From Octopus vulgaris (lineage: Eukaryota), in the NCBI GenBank assembly GCA_951406725.2, contig OX597819.1, positions 119,040,001 through 119,104,000 on the forward strand: a stretch of DNA of 64,000 nt, given 5' to 3'. Of this stretch, positions 52,743 to 64,000 are shown piece after piece. Position numbers and translations under genes: made by a program. A model generated the notes under the pieces. It did not search any database and had not been told where the DNA came from. It saw only the letters and a list, made by a program, of their open reading frames with translations. Positions within the stretch are counted from its first letter, which is position 1. The number at the start of each line of letters is the position of its first letter.

Positions 52743-52919
52743 CCTGTCACACACTCGCACACACGCACACACACACACACGCACCCTCTCACACACACAC
52801 ACAAACACACACTCACACACACGCACACACACACACACGTTAGCTTACAATTTTATTTATATATTTGCGTGTCTATGTCTGTAAAGAGGAAGTGGAAATG
52901 CAGAGTGAAAGAGTCACTC

Positions 52920-53272
52920 ATTACAAAAAGTGAATTACTTTCACATTAATCGTTGCACACTTGCAAAGACAAAGGAGGAGAAATTAGCTGATAGCGTCAG
53001 TGAAACAGTTCGCTCCGTTTGTGTGTGCGTGCGTCTGCGTGTGCTGTAGCCCACACTAAGAAAAGCATTTGACTTAGACACCACAATGTGAGTTTTCTCT
53101 AAATGTTGCTCAATTGGGGTTGAAATTTGAAAAACTGGACCTGGCTCGACCTGATGCATTCTACTCTTAAAAATGCTAGGTAAATTGTAATTGAAGAAAT
53201 CCTATATTGTAGATTTCTATAAGAGACAAAGGGAGGCACATAAAATCTGCCTTTTAATATAAGATTATAATA

Positions 53273-53276
<4 letters not shown>
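52920..53276 (-). mobile_element. Repeat with a Helitron-like 5' end (TCTTATTATAA...); copies at 54310-54630 (+) and ~57015-57260 (-)
   Basis: Three colinear copies (ATCTACAATATAGGATTTCTTCAATTACAATTTACCTAGCATTTTTAAGAGTA); each begins with TC after an A. Confidence 0.65.
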
Positions 53277-53336
<60 letters not shown>

Positions 53337-53836
53337 TGAATCACAAAACACCGCAGCTAAATTCACAATAATATCGATTCTGGATGAGAATCACGGCTAA
53401 ACAAAATATTAAATTAGATCCTAGAATAGAATGCTTACCTAAGCGTGATACTGTTGTTGTAGTTATGGGTCACAAACACCATTTTACAATTAACCCTTAT
53501 TATAGCGTATATAACACAATTACGATCGAACTGAAATCAATTATCTGAAAAATCCGTTTCATAAAATATAGGTCTCTTGCTGAAAACAGTTGATCAATAT
53601 CAGCATAAGCCTTATATACTTGAAAGTAGTGTGTGATACAAGAAAGACAATTCCATAACTACCTTCTTCATAATATGATAATCGAATTAGCTACAAGTTA
53701 TGATTGTATAAAATAAATAGACAACTATATAGGACGAAAATATGCATATATATAAAAATTATATATAGTATATTCATATCTCTTTATTTTCCTCTTTCTA
53801 TATGTATGTGTATCTCTCGCATCCTCGCTACTCTCT

Positions 53837-53945
<109 letters not shown>

Positions 53946-54051
53946 AAATCCATAGAAGGAGAACAAAATGAGAAAAATAGTAACGCGAGGACGTGGTACA
54001 TGTAAGGATGTAAAGTATTTAGCGGACACACAATGAAGGAAACACAGATGG

Positions 54052-54086
54052 GTCAAGGTTTCGAGCAGGCGTTCTTCTTCGGAAAC
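54052..54086 (-). ncRNA. Decayed hammerhead motif with CCGAAGA core (11269/47656 family)
   Basis: Minus: GTTT CCGAAGA A GAAC GCCT GCTC GAAACCTT GAC; upstream flank CGTTGGCGATTTT...TTCCTCC matches 11220-11240. Confidence 0.5.
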
Positions 54087-54185
54087 GCTGGAAAGTCCAA
54101 TAGAAGGGAAGATGGAGGAAGAAAATCGCCAACGATTCACATGTGGTTACATTTTGAAATATATCTATATCTATCCCTCTATCTC

Positions 54186-54312
<127 letters not shown>

Positions 54313-54664
54313 TATTATAAAAGGCAGATTTTATCTGCCTCCCTTTGTATCTTATAGAAATCTACAATATAGGATTTCTTCAATTACAATTTACCTAGCA
54401 TTTTTAAGAGTAGAATGCATCGGGTCGTGCCAGGTCCACGTTTTAAAATTTCAACCCCAATTAAGCAAAATTTAGAGAAAACTCACATTGTGGTGTATAT
54501 GTCAAATGTTTTTCTTAGTGTGGGATACAACACACGCAAACGCACACACACACAAACGGAGCGAACTGTTTCACTGACGCTATCACCCTTCTCCTCCTTT
54601 GTCTTTGCAAGTTGGCAGCTATTAAAGTGAAAACAGTGAATCCGACAGCGATTAAGAAAATGAA

Positions 54665-55285
54665 TTGGTACCTGAATGGAGTGAAAATTTAAAAACTGTT
54701 TCTTTCGGTGATTTTTCTGAAGAAACTGGACCAAGCCACAGACTTTCCCAGAAGGGTAAAGCCTTAGACTATTTCTATTTACTTTTTCGAATGAGCCTAT
54801 TTGAAATCATTACGGCAGAAACGAACCGTTACGCTAAACGTAAACAAAACGAAAGAAAGGATAGTTTGTTATTTCCCACAACCTTAAATGAAATTAAGGC
54901 CTATTTTGCCATAAATATTATTATGGGTATCAGAAAGTTACCCAGAATAACAAATTCTATCATAAAATTTTGTTGTTTACCCAATTGAATATTAGCTAAT
55001 AACCCATTTTCTATAGCAATGTTTGAACAAAATTTTAATAATTTTATATTTTGTGGAATTTACCTGTATCTAATGCAATTAGTCACTTTGTGACAAAAAT
55101 TATAGTATAGAATTGGTTGAGGACATTTCATTAAATTATCTTACAAAAATCACATTAACATATTGATAAATAAAAAAAGTTATAGTTATTTAATGAAACC
55201 AGACTAAATTTATGATTACGTTAGAAATTAATTGAAACACATAAGGGGTGTAATTTGGTCAGAAATATAGTAACGAAAGGGTTAA
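54665..55285 (+). mobile_element. piggyBac fragment: transposase N-terminal piece and right end
   Basis: ORF 54665..54988 (LDYFYLLF...FEIITAETNRYA...TTLNEIKAYFAINIIMGIRKLP) resembles piggyBac transposases; ends ...GTAACGAAAGGG followed by TTAA (55282-55285). Confidence 0.82.
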
Positions 55286-55313
55286 GAAAAACCAAAAAAT
55301 ATTTTATTCTTTA

Positions 55314-55709
55314 CTAGCAGTATCGCCCGGCGTTGCTCGGGTTTGTAAGGGAAATAATTATATAAGCATTTTTAGAGATGTAAAGTATAATAGCCATCTC
55401 AATATGGCTAACCACAAAGGGGGCGGGTGTTACTGTAGCTTTTTACGTTCTGAGATTTAATAATAAATTTTCGAGAGTTACTTCCCTTATATATGTCAAA
55501 AATGGATTAAAAATGGGAAAAATTGATGAGTAAATTTTTTTTTTAAATCGTAGACTCATCGTAGACGCGCGCTAATACCCAGACGGGCTCGATATGAATC
55601 ACGACTATAAGATACCCGGTTTTGGTTAAACTGCACCGCAAAATGTGGGAGTAGTTAGGAATCTAAATCGTAGGAGACAGACACACAACCTCACTTTTAT
55701 ATATAAAGA
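55314..55709 (-). mobile_element. Non-autonomous Helitron (~400 bp)
   Basis: 5' TCTTTATATATAAAAGTGAGG; 3' CCCGAGCAACGCCGGGCGATACTGCTAG; sits between A and T. Confidence 0.88.
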
Positions 55710-55805
55710 TTTCCTCTATTTACATAATATTGAGGTCTCTTTCTTTCTTTTGTTATCTTACTGTTTTTACCAATATACATATATATATATATAAATATAT
55801 ATATA

Positions 55806-56129
55806 GTTACAGAGATGTACTTTCATAGCAAGTGACTTGATCTGAGATCGTGTGCTGGAACGAAAACAGTTGCAGCGTTGAAGGTGTTTATAAGCCATTT
55901 AAGAAACACACAAAAACCGTTAGATTCACTTCAACATTTAAATTTAAGTTGTCAAAATATTTTCGTCGCTTTGAGACCGCGACCTGTTAGCACGATATTT
56001 TTGTCAGTGAACAGGTCGCGGTCTCAAAGCGAGGAAAATATTTTGGCAAATTAAATTTAAATGTTGAAGTGAATCTAACGGTTTTTGTCTGTTTCTTAAA
56101 TGGTTTACAAACACCTTCCACGCTGCAAT
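55806..56129. mobile_element. Second copy of the 29302 palindromic element; variant hammerhead at 56000-56050 (+)
   Basis: TTTGTCA GTGAACA G GTCGC GGTCTCAAA GCGAG GAAAATATTT TGGCAAA; left arm truncated inside the core; flanked by TA tracts. Confidence 0.85.
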
Positions 56130-56147
56130 ATATATATATATACACAC

Positions 56148-56182
<35 letters not shown>

Positions 56183-56505
56183 TGTGTGTATATGTGTATG
56201 CATGTATGTGTGTGTGTGTGCGTGTCTGTGCTTGTGATTGTCCTCCACCACTGCTTGACAATGAATGTTGGTTTGTTTACATCCCTGTCACCTAGTGGTT
56301 TGACAAAGGAAACAGATAGAATAAGTACAATGCTTACAAAAATAAAACTGGAGTTGATTCATTAAACTACAATTCTTCAAGGCATTGCCCCAGCATGGCC
56401 ACAGACCAATGGCTTGAAAAAGCAGAAGAATAAAAGAATACATTCTCTGCTTTGGTCTTATGTTCAAGGCATGAGAAAGCTTGAGTTTACATGAGAAGGC
56501 CTAAC

Positions 56506-56790
56506 AGACCTGGTAGAAACAGCAGCCAAATCTCCCTCAAATCACACCTCATTGTCTTATGTATGTATATATATATGAGCCAATGAGGGGGACCTCTACA
56601 TGGTAGCTAGACCTGGTAGAAATAGCAGCCAAATTTCCCCCAAATCACACCTTACTGTCTTATCTATGTATATATGTATGTATGAGCCTATGAGGGAGAC
56701 CCCTACATGGCAGCTAGACATGGTAGAAATAGCAGCCAAATCTCCCTCAAATCACACCTTACTGTCTTATGTATGTATATATATATATAT
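56506..56790. repeat. Tandem repeat, ~105-bp unit, ~2.7 copies
   Basis: AGACCTGGTAGAAA(C/T)AGCAGCCAAAT-like start at 56506, 56609, 56716. Confidence 0.88.
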
Positions 56791-57340
56791 ATACAAGCCA
56801 CTACGGTTATTTAATGTAAAGTCTTCCTCAAATCACGCTCTCGCTATTTACTCTCTTCCAAGAACATTTTCACTCACTCTTATCTCTTAGCTTCCCATAC
56901 ATTTTACTCATGTATCTATCAGCGTCATAGACAGAAACAAATATTACATCGACATCGCATTCTATTGTCTACCTGTCAACACACAGTGAATTAGTTTCAG
57001 TTTATTCGTTGCACACTGTGTGTGTGCGTTTGCGTGTGCTGTAACCCAAACTAAGAAAAGCATTTGACATATACACCAGAATGTGAGTTTTCTCTAAATT
57101 TTGCTTAATTGGGGTTGAAATTTTAAAAACCGGACCTGGCAAAACCCGATGCATTTTACTCTTAAAAATGCTAGGTAAATTGTAATTGAAGAAATCCTAT
57201 ATTGTAGATTTCTATAACTGACAAAGGGAGGCAGATAAAATCTGCATTTTATAATAAGAGATAAATGTTGTATTCAAAATAACATTTTCTTTAAAAATGT
57301 GTATATAACAAAGTATGTGTATATAACTACGTGACTTATA

Positions 57341-57737
57341 TCTTTATCTATAAGAGTGAAGTTGTGTGTCTGTCTCCTACGATTTAGATTCCTAACTACT
57401 CCCAGATTTTGCGGTGCAGTTTAACCAAAACCGGGTATCTTATAGTCGTGAGTCATATCGAGCCCTTCTAGGTATTAGCGCGCGTCTACGATGAGTCTAC
57501 GATTTAAAAAAAATTTACCATCATATTTTTCCATTTTAATGCATTTTTTTCGCTATTATATAAGGGAAGTAACTCTCTAAAAATATCTACGATGTGTCAA
57601 CGATTTAAAAATAAATTTACCTTAATTTTTGTTCCATTTTTAATGCATTTTTTCCCTATTTTTTGGCTATAACTCTCTAAAACTGCTTATATAGTTATTT
57701 CCCTTACAAACCCGAGCAACGCCGGGCGATACTGCTA

Positions 57738-57738
<1 letters not shown>
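57341..57738 (+). mobile_element. Non-autonomous Helitron (~400 bp)
   Basis: A|TCTTTATCTATAAGAGTG ... CCCGAGCAACGCCGGGCGATACTGCTAG|T. Confidence 0.9.
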
Positions 57739-57793
<55 letters not shown>

Positions 57794-59479
57794 ATGTGAA
57801 GGCACATGGCCTAGAGGTTAGGGTGTTGGTCGCACGATCGCAAGATCATACTTCACTTTCAATTCCTAAACCGGATTGTGCGTTGTGTTCTTTAGCAAAA
57901 CAATTCATCTCACGTTGCTCTGTATTCACTTCAACACCTAATGCACTATGATGACACACCGTGCACCTTTTCAGTCATACGAAGGTCTATACATACACCG
58001 TGCACCTTCTCAGACAACCTTTTCATGAACAGAGTGAACTAATGTGCGGCACACACATTTTGATCACTATAAACAAATCATTTGTGCATCTCATTCGGCA
58101 AATTGCTGAATGGTCATACGCTGTCTTCGACGAGAGAGTCAACAGTGCATACATAATACGTACATATGACGTATATGCAAGGAAAGGCAAATTAGCAAAC
58201 GACTATGAATGCTTGAAACCTTTCAATATTTGCAACAAGGACGTTGTTAGCTTTGAGATTGCACATTTCAAGAATACAAATTGTAGAACATGTTGCGGTG
58301 GATGAATTTCTGTGATGCAGTTGTTTCCGATTCGTGGTAATATGATTGTTTGTTTGTGGTATTTTGCCGGACTTTCTTTTCTCTAAATTCAAATACCAAC
58401 ACATATTGCATTCTTCCATCATCGATCACATCAGCGTCTTTTATTCTGCATCAACGAAAACAGCTAGATTGTCACTTGATGCGCCATTGACTGAGTCAAG
58501 TTCATATATTCACCCGATGGCGTAAGTACATCTCTACATGTTGTTCATATACAAAATCAAGTCAGTGCATACCTCAGGAGAATTAGGAATGACTAACTAC
58601 AATAACTGTGTTGTAGGATACAGAAAAGACAATTGGAAGAGGTGATACAGCTTTATTAGGAATGCATCTTGTATGTACTCTGTGTGATATCGTGAAGAAT
58701 ATTTCGAGATCGATATAATGGAAAAATAACAGCACCTCTTTGCACGTTTGACCTTCGTATGTATAGATTTTCAGATGTATAGACCTTCGTATGTATAGAT
58801 TTTCAGATAGAATATCCTGTAGCAAGAACACTGTCCAAGTAATCCAAGCATTTCGCAATATGAGACGTATATGAGCGCTCTACTGTGCATCGTCAATTAC
58901 GTTATATGAGAAAACACTTCTATCTGTGAATGAAATCAAAGGTTTCGAGACAGCATTTCATTCTTGAGACTTATGCTATGATGCAGATGTTGCCATCCTG
59001 GTTTCTCTATAGTCGCATACATTTACATCTATTATCAGGGTGTATCTTGTGCATGTGTCTAAACAGAGAACGTTATCTGTAGTAATTTTGTTCATGTGGT
59101 ATCTTAGCTCTTAGCATGAAATCCATCCCTTGTAATTTTCGACAATGCTTGATCCAATCACTAAGGGTTCAAATTTAATTAATTAAACGTTTCTTCTTTT
59201 CCTACATCTCTGGTGTTCATATCATAATCTCATTCGTACTTTTCAATTCAATGGCAAATACATTTCTCTAAACACTCATCACAAAGTTAGGATATAGACA
59301 TTTTTATTTAAAATAAGAGTTGCTCATCTGGAATATACATTTTACGCTAAAATCAATACATTTTAGAACTGTTTGTCTGTTGGTGATGTTTTCTGCTTTA
59401 GTTCAGATGCTGACGTAATTGCTGCTGCACTAAAATTACTTAGCTTTATTTCTCAGTGATGTGTAAATAATATTTTAAG

Positions 59480-59653
59480 AAGGCGCAGGAGTGGCTGTGT
59501 GGTAAGTAGCTTGCTTACCAACCACATGATTCTAGGTTCAGTCCCACAACGTGGCAACTTGGGCAAGTGACTTCTACTATAGCTATGGGCTGACAAAATC
59601 CTTGTCAGTGGATATGATAGACGGAAACTGAAATACGCCCGTCGTATATATTT

Positions 59654-59724
<71 letters not shown>

Positions 59725-59948
59725 TATGTATATGTGTGTATATATGTTTGTGTGTCTGTGTTTGTCCCACCAACATCGCTTGACGACAGATGCTGGTGTG
59801 TTAACGTCCCCGTTATCTAGCGGTTCGGCAAAAGAGAACGATAGAATGAGTACTAGGCTTACAAAAATGACTCCCTGGGGTCAATTTGCTCCACTAAAGG
59901 CGGTGCTCCAGCATGGCCGCAGTCAAATTATTGAAACAAGTAAAAGAA
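59480..59948 (+). mobile_element. SINE (same family as 22897)
   Basis: AGGCGCAGGAGTGGCTGTGTGGTAAGTAGCTTGCTTACC... tail GGCGGTGCTCCAGCATGGCCGCAGTC. Confidence 0.9.
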
Positions 59949-59973
59949 TAATAATTAATCGACATACGTTTAG

Positions 59974-60010
<37 letters not shown>

Positions 60011-60139
60011 TTTACATATATATGTAAGTTGATATCTGTGTATGTACGCATGGCCATATCCGTGTTTGATGTATAAATGCCGTATGTAAATGGATTACAT
60101 CACATTTCAGGTGAATTGATTGATTATCGAATGCGCATA

Positions 60140-61410
60140 CGCGGGGCGTTCAATAAGTAATGCCCCTGGCCCATTTGCAATTGTTTGATCTAGCTGAAAT
60201 CTTGCATGTGCACTTATTTATACCTCTATAGATTAAGTGGCGAATTACAGCCCTTAACTAATTGTGGTTTCTGATTTACAGCTGTTTCAACTGAGTTAAG
60301 TGTGAAATGGAGCCTGTTGAGTGTCGAGCAGTGATCTGGTTTTTGTATTTGAAAGGACGCACACCACGGGAAACTTTTGATGAAATGAAAGTAACTTATG
60401 GTGATGATGCCCCATCATATGACCTTGTAAAACGCTGGCATTGTGAATTCAAACATAGTAGGAACTCTGTAGAAACAGCTCCCAGATCTGGTCGCCCCCT
60501 TCTGCCGTTGATGAGACGTCTGTCCGTCAAGTTGAGGCTGCCATTTTGGAAGGTCAACGCATAACTATTCGCCAAAAAGCCCATAAGGTCAAGATTAGTA
60601 CCGGGTCTGTGGAAACTATCATTCATGACCATTTGCATATGGAAAAGGTGTCTGCCAGATGGATTTCCAGGTTGCTCACACCTTTCCAGAAGCAAGAACG
60701 CGTTGAGTGCTCGAGGATGAATTTGGAGATGTGCCAAGAAGATGAGTCAAAATATTTCAAAAGACTGATCACACAGGATAAAACCTGGGTCCATCACTAT
60801 GATCCAGAGACCAAAGCCCAGTCAATGCAGTGGAAGCTCCGTGATTCACCTCCTCCAAAGAAGGCAAGAGTGCAGCCCTCCGCTGGCAAGGTCATGCTCA
60901 CAGTCTTCTGGGACGAGGACGGAGTAGTGATGACAGATTTCCTGGCAAAGGGTACCACAATTACAGGAGCCTATTATGCTTCACTTTTGAGGAAATTAAG
61001 AGAAGCTATCAAAATCAAGAGGCGGGGCAAGATCAGCAAATACATCCTCCTCCTGCAGGACAACGCTCCGGTCCACAACTCGCGTGTCGCTAGATCAGAA
61101 GCACAGGCGTGCAGCTATGAACTCCTCCCCTTGCACCCTCTGATTTTCACCTCTTCCCAGCCATGAAGTTGATTTTGAAAGGAAAACGTTTCCCAGATGA
61201 TGCAGCCTTGATTTCTGAAGGTCACGTCGTGGTTGGAGGACCAAGCTGGGGTCTTCTACATAAACGGTGTCCAGAGCTGTATCAAACTATGGGAGAAATG
61301 CATAACTCTGTGTAGTTCCTATGTAGGAAAAGACTAATAACTGTGCCAAGTGTCGTTGCTCTACTGCTATGGGAAATGGGTCAGGGGCATTACTTATTGA
61401 ACGCCCCTCG
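60140..61410 (+). mobile_element. Full-length mariner (1271 bp) with inactivated transposase, irritans-like
   Basis: TA duplication on both sides; TIR CG(C/A)GGGGCGTTCAATAAGTAATGCCCCTG; transposase ~60307-61337 with RSGRP, KVSARWI, TQDKTWVHHYDPETK, KVMLTVFWD, LLQDNAPVH; frameshifts; YSPDLAP motif largely deleted. Confidence 0.95.
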
Positions 61411-61650
61411 TAGAAAGATTCTTCTTGATACAATATTTTCTGATTCCTCGCAATAACATGTTTCATTATAATTGATTTATATCGTGTGTAAGTCTAGTAT
61501 GAATTTATAACTATCAGACATGCAGGGGACTATACGTAATTACATATATTTTAGGGTGTATCTTTTAAATTTTTCGATTCATTGTAATCTTTGGGCTTCG
61601 TGGAACGTTACTCACTTGGACAATGGTTAGATTATTACTAAAAGAGTGCC

Positions 61651-62045
61651 TAGGAGTGGCTGTGTGGTAAGTAGCTTGCTAACAAACTGCATGGTTCCGG
61701 GTTCAGTCCTACTGCGTTGCATCTTGGGCAAGTGTCTTCTGCTATAGCCCCGGGCCGACCAATGCCTTGTGAGTGGATTTGGTAGACGGAAACTGAAAGA
61801 AGCCTGTCGTATATATATGTATGTGTGTGTGTGTGTTTGTGTGTCTATGTTTGCCCCCCTAGCATTGCTTGACAACCGATGCTAGAGTGTTTACGTCCCC
61901 GTCACTTAGCGGTTCAGCAAAAGAGACCGATATAATAAGTACTGGACTTACAAAGAATAAGTCCCGGGGTCGATTTGCTCGACTAAAGGCGGTGCTCCAG
62001 CATGGCCGCAGTCAAATGACTGAAACAAGTAAAAGAGTAAAAGAG
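61651..62045 (+). mobile_element. SINE (same family as 22897)
   Basis: Reverse complement of 44578-44998. Confidence 0.9.
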
Positions 62046-62550
62046 TATTTGTATTTTCCATTTATACTGTAAAGATAATTCATTCCAAATCTAAATTTTA
62101 ACGCTCATTATATTACAGGGAAGAGTAATATGTGGATACCATTTCAATCATTTATCGGTGTCATTCACCGATGATGGCTTCAGCCAATCAAATTGCTCCC
62201 GGTACATTTTTTGTTTAAGTGTGCTACTTCTGTCATCGGTCCTTATTGTTGAACCATTTATTTATGACAGCCGAGCTGGTAGAAACGTTAGCGCGCCAGG
62301 CGAAATGCGTAGCCGTATTTCCTATGTCGTTACGTTCTGAGTTCAAATTCCGCCGAGGTAGATTTTGCCTTTCATCATTTCGGGGTCGATAAATAAAGTA
62401 CCAGTTTCGCACTGGTCCGATATAATCCACTTAATCTCTTTGTCTGTACTTGTTTGTCCTCTCTATGTTTTCCCCCTAGTGGGCAGTAAAGAAATATATT
62501 TATAACGGCTTAAACGAGCCAATACGTGTTGTCACGCGTTAGGATAACAC

Positions 62551-62581
<31 letters not shown>

Positions 62582-63787
62582 TGTATGTATGTATGTATGT
62601 ATGTATGTATGTATGTATGTATGTATGTATGTATGTATGTATGCATGCATGCATGCATGCATGCATGTATGTATGCATGCATGCATGCATGTATGTATGT
62701 ATGTATGTATGCATGCATGTATGTATGTATGTACGTGCGTGTCTACTTGCGAAGGACTTCGGCACAATTTCTATTCAAAAACTTCACTCAAGTAATTAAT
62801 CGGCTTGGAGCGATATTTATTGTCACCAAATTGCCGAGCGCTGGGGGCCGAGCTCAAAATCAAGCGGTTACCTAGTGAAGATTACTCGATAAGAATACGT
62901 TATCCCATATACTTTTTAATGCTGCATATTGAAAGCTTCTGTGACCTTTCTTAAATCGATTGTGAATGGATACAACACTACTTTTACAACGTAGTATAAC
63001 CCTTATTATCATACGTTAAGAAATACCCAGTCATTGACAAACGTGTCAAAACTAGCAACATTTGATTAGATGAAACTTTACTTTTATGATAACAAACTAC
63101 AACATGCAGTCAGTTCATTATTGATAAAAAATAATCAAGAACGCAATAAAAGTAGATTTAACAAAAGACTGATTGATGGAATATTTTTTCTGTATATAAC
63201 AAGAATTGAATAGTCGAAAGATAATTACGTCTTTTAATCTCAAACACAGATATCAGAAATGTAATGCAGTTTGATGTTTAAAAATGGTGAAAAGAATCAA
63301 AAACAAAATGTCCATCATCAAAGTAATTAAAACCGTATTTTCTGTATCTTTTTTCTTCAAATTGAATATGCAACTGCAAAATTCTAAAAGTATGTTGATA
63401 AATCAGCGCTACTAGACTGTGTAAAACAAAATGAAAGCAGATATCATCAGATGTAAAACATTTTAAGAATATAAATGCAAGTGTAACTCTACAAAAAGAA
63501 TTACACTGATATACGTTATGCGTGGAAAATCTCTAGATAAAGTATAATGAACGACAAGAATATACAATCAAATGAAAATATACATGGAAATATATAGATA
63601 ACATTGGTATATACTTAGCTGCAAATGAACTGGAATAAACTTGAAATATGGCCATCCTTCTCAACCACATGTTTTCGGGTTCAATCCTACTGCGTGGCAA
63701 CTTTGAGACGTGTTTACTATTATAGCCCCAGGATGACCAAAGCCCTGTGAATAGATTCGGTAGATGGTAACTGAAATAAGCCAAACC

Positions 63788-63836
<49 letters not shown>

Positions 63837-64000
63837 ACTATATAGAAGGAGCTATAAATTACTGTGGTTAACCCCGACTCAACCCAGGACCTACATATAT
63901 ATATATATATATATACGAAAGATTGATGGGCAAAGAAAACCTCTATAGAAATTGAACCCGAAACGTAAAGACAAGCGAAATATTACTCACCATTTTGCCC

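Noticed and set aside
58880-59170. Possible LINE C-terminal Cys motif on the minus strand (HPDNRCKC)
   Set aside because: Too fragmentary to call without a database search.
62151-62195. CCGATGA followed by a TGGC/GCCA hairpin
   Set aside because: No GAAA after the stem; also explained by a separate ATCGGTG/CACCGAT hairpin.

Overview
AT-rich, microsatellite-dense eukaryotic DNA with no intact gene. The SINE repertoire resembles what I recall from octopus/cephalopod genomes (inference). Nearly all long ORFs in the track are microsatellite artefacts. Recognisable decayed mobile elements: a ~2.9-kb CR1-type LINE, a split RTE LINE, two Penelope-like (PLE) GIY-YIG fragments, a full-length frameshifted mariner plus a second mariner 5' end, a piggyBac fragment, several Helitron derivatives (one with a PIF1 helicase fragment) and many tRNA-derived SINEs. 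The main unexplained signal is a set of short non-coding elements abutting (TA)n tracts, usually as head-to-head palindromes, each arm carrying an outward-facing type I hammerhead ribozyme (HHR) fold with a self-complementary stem III. One (33933-35100) is a circularly permuted ~492-nt unit whose right arm starts at its own predicted cleavage site (retrozyme/circRNA signature). Another family (29302-29640, 55806-56129) has a non-canonical core GUGA(A/C)CA, a G3-C8 swap of the conserved C3-G8 pair. Four further copies read CCGANGA (U4C). All folds were done by eye and element boundaries are approximate.
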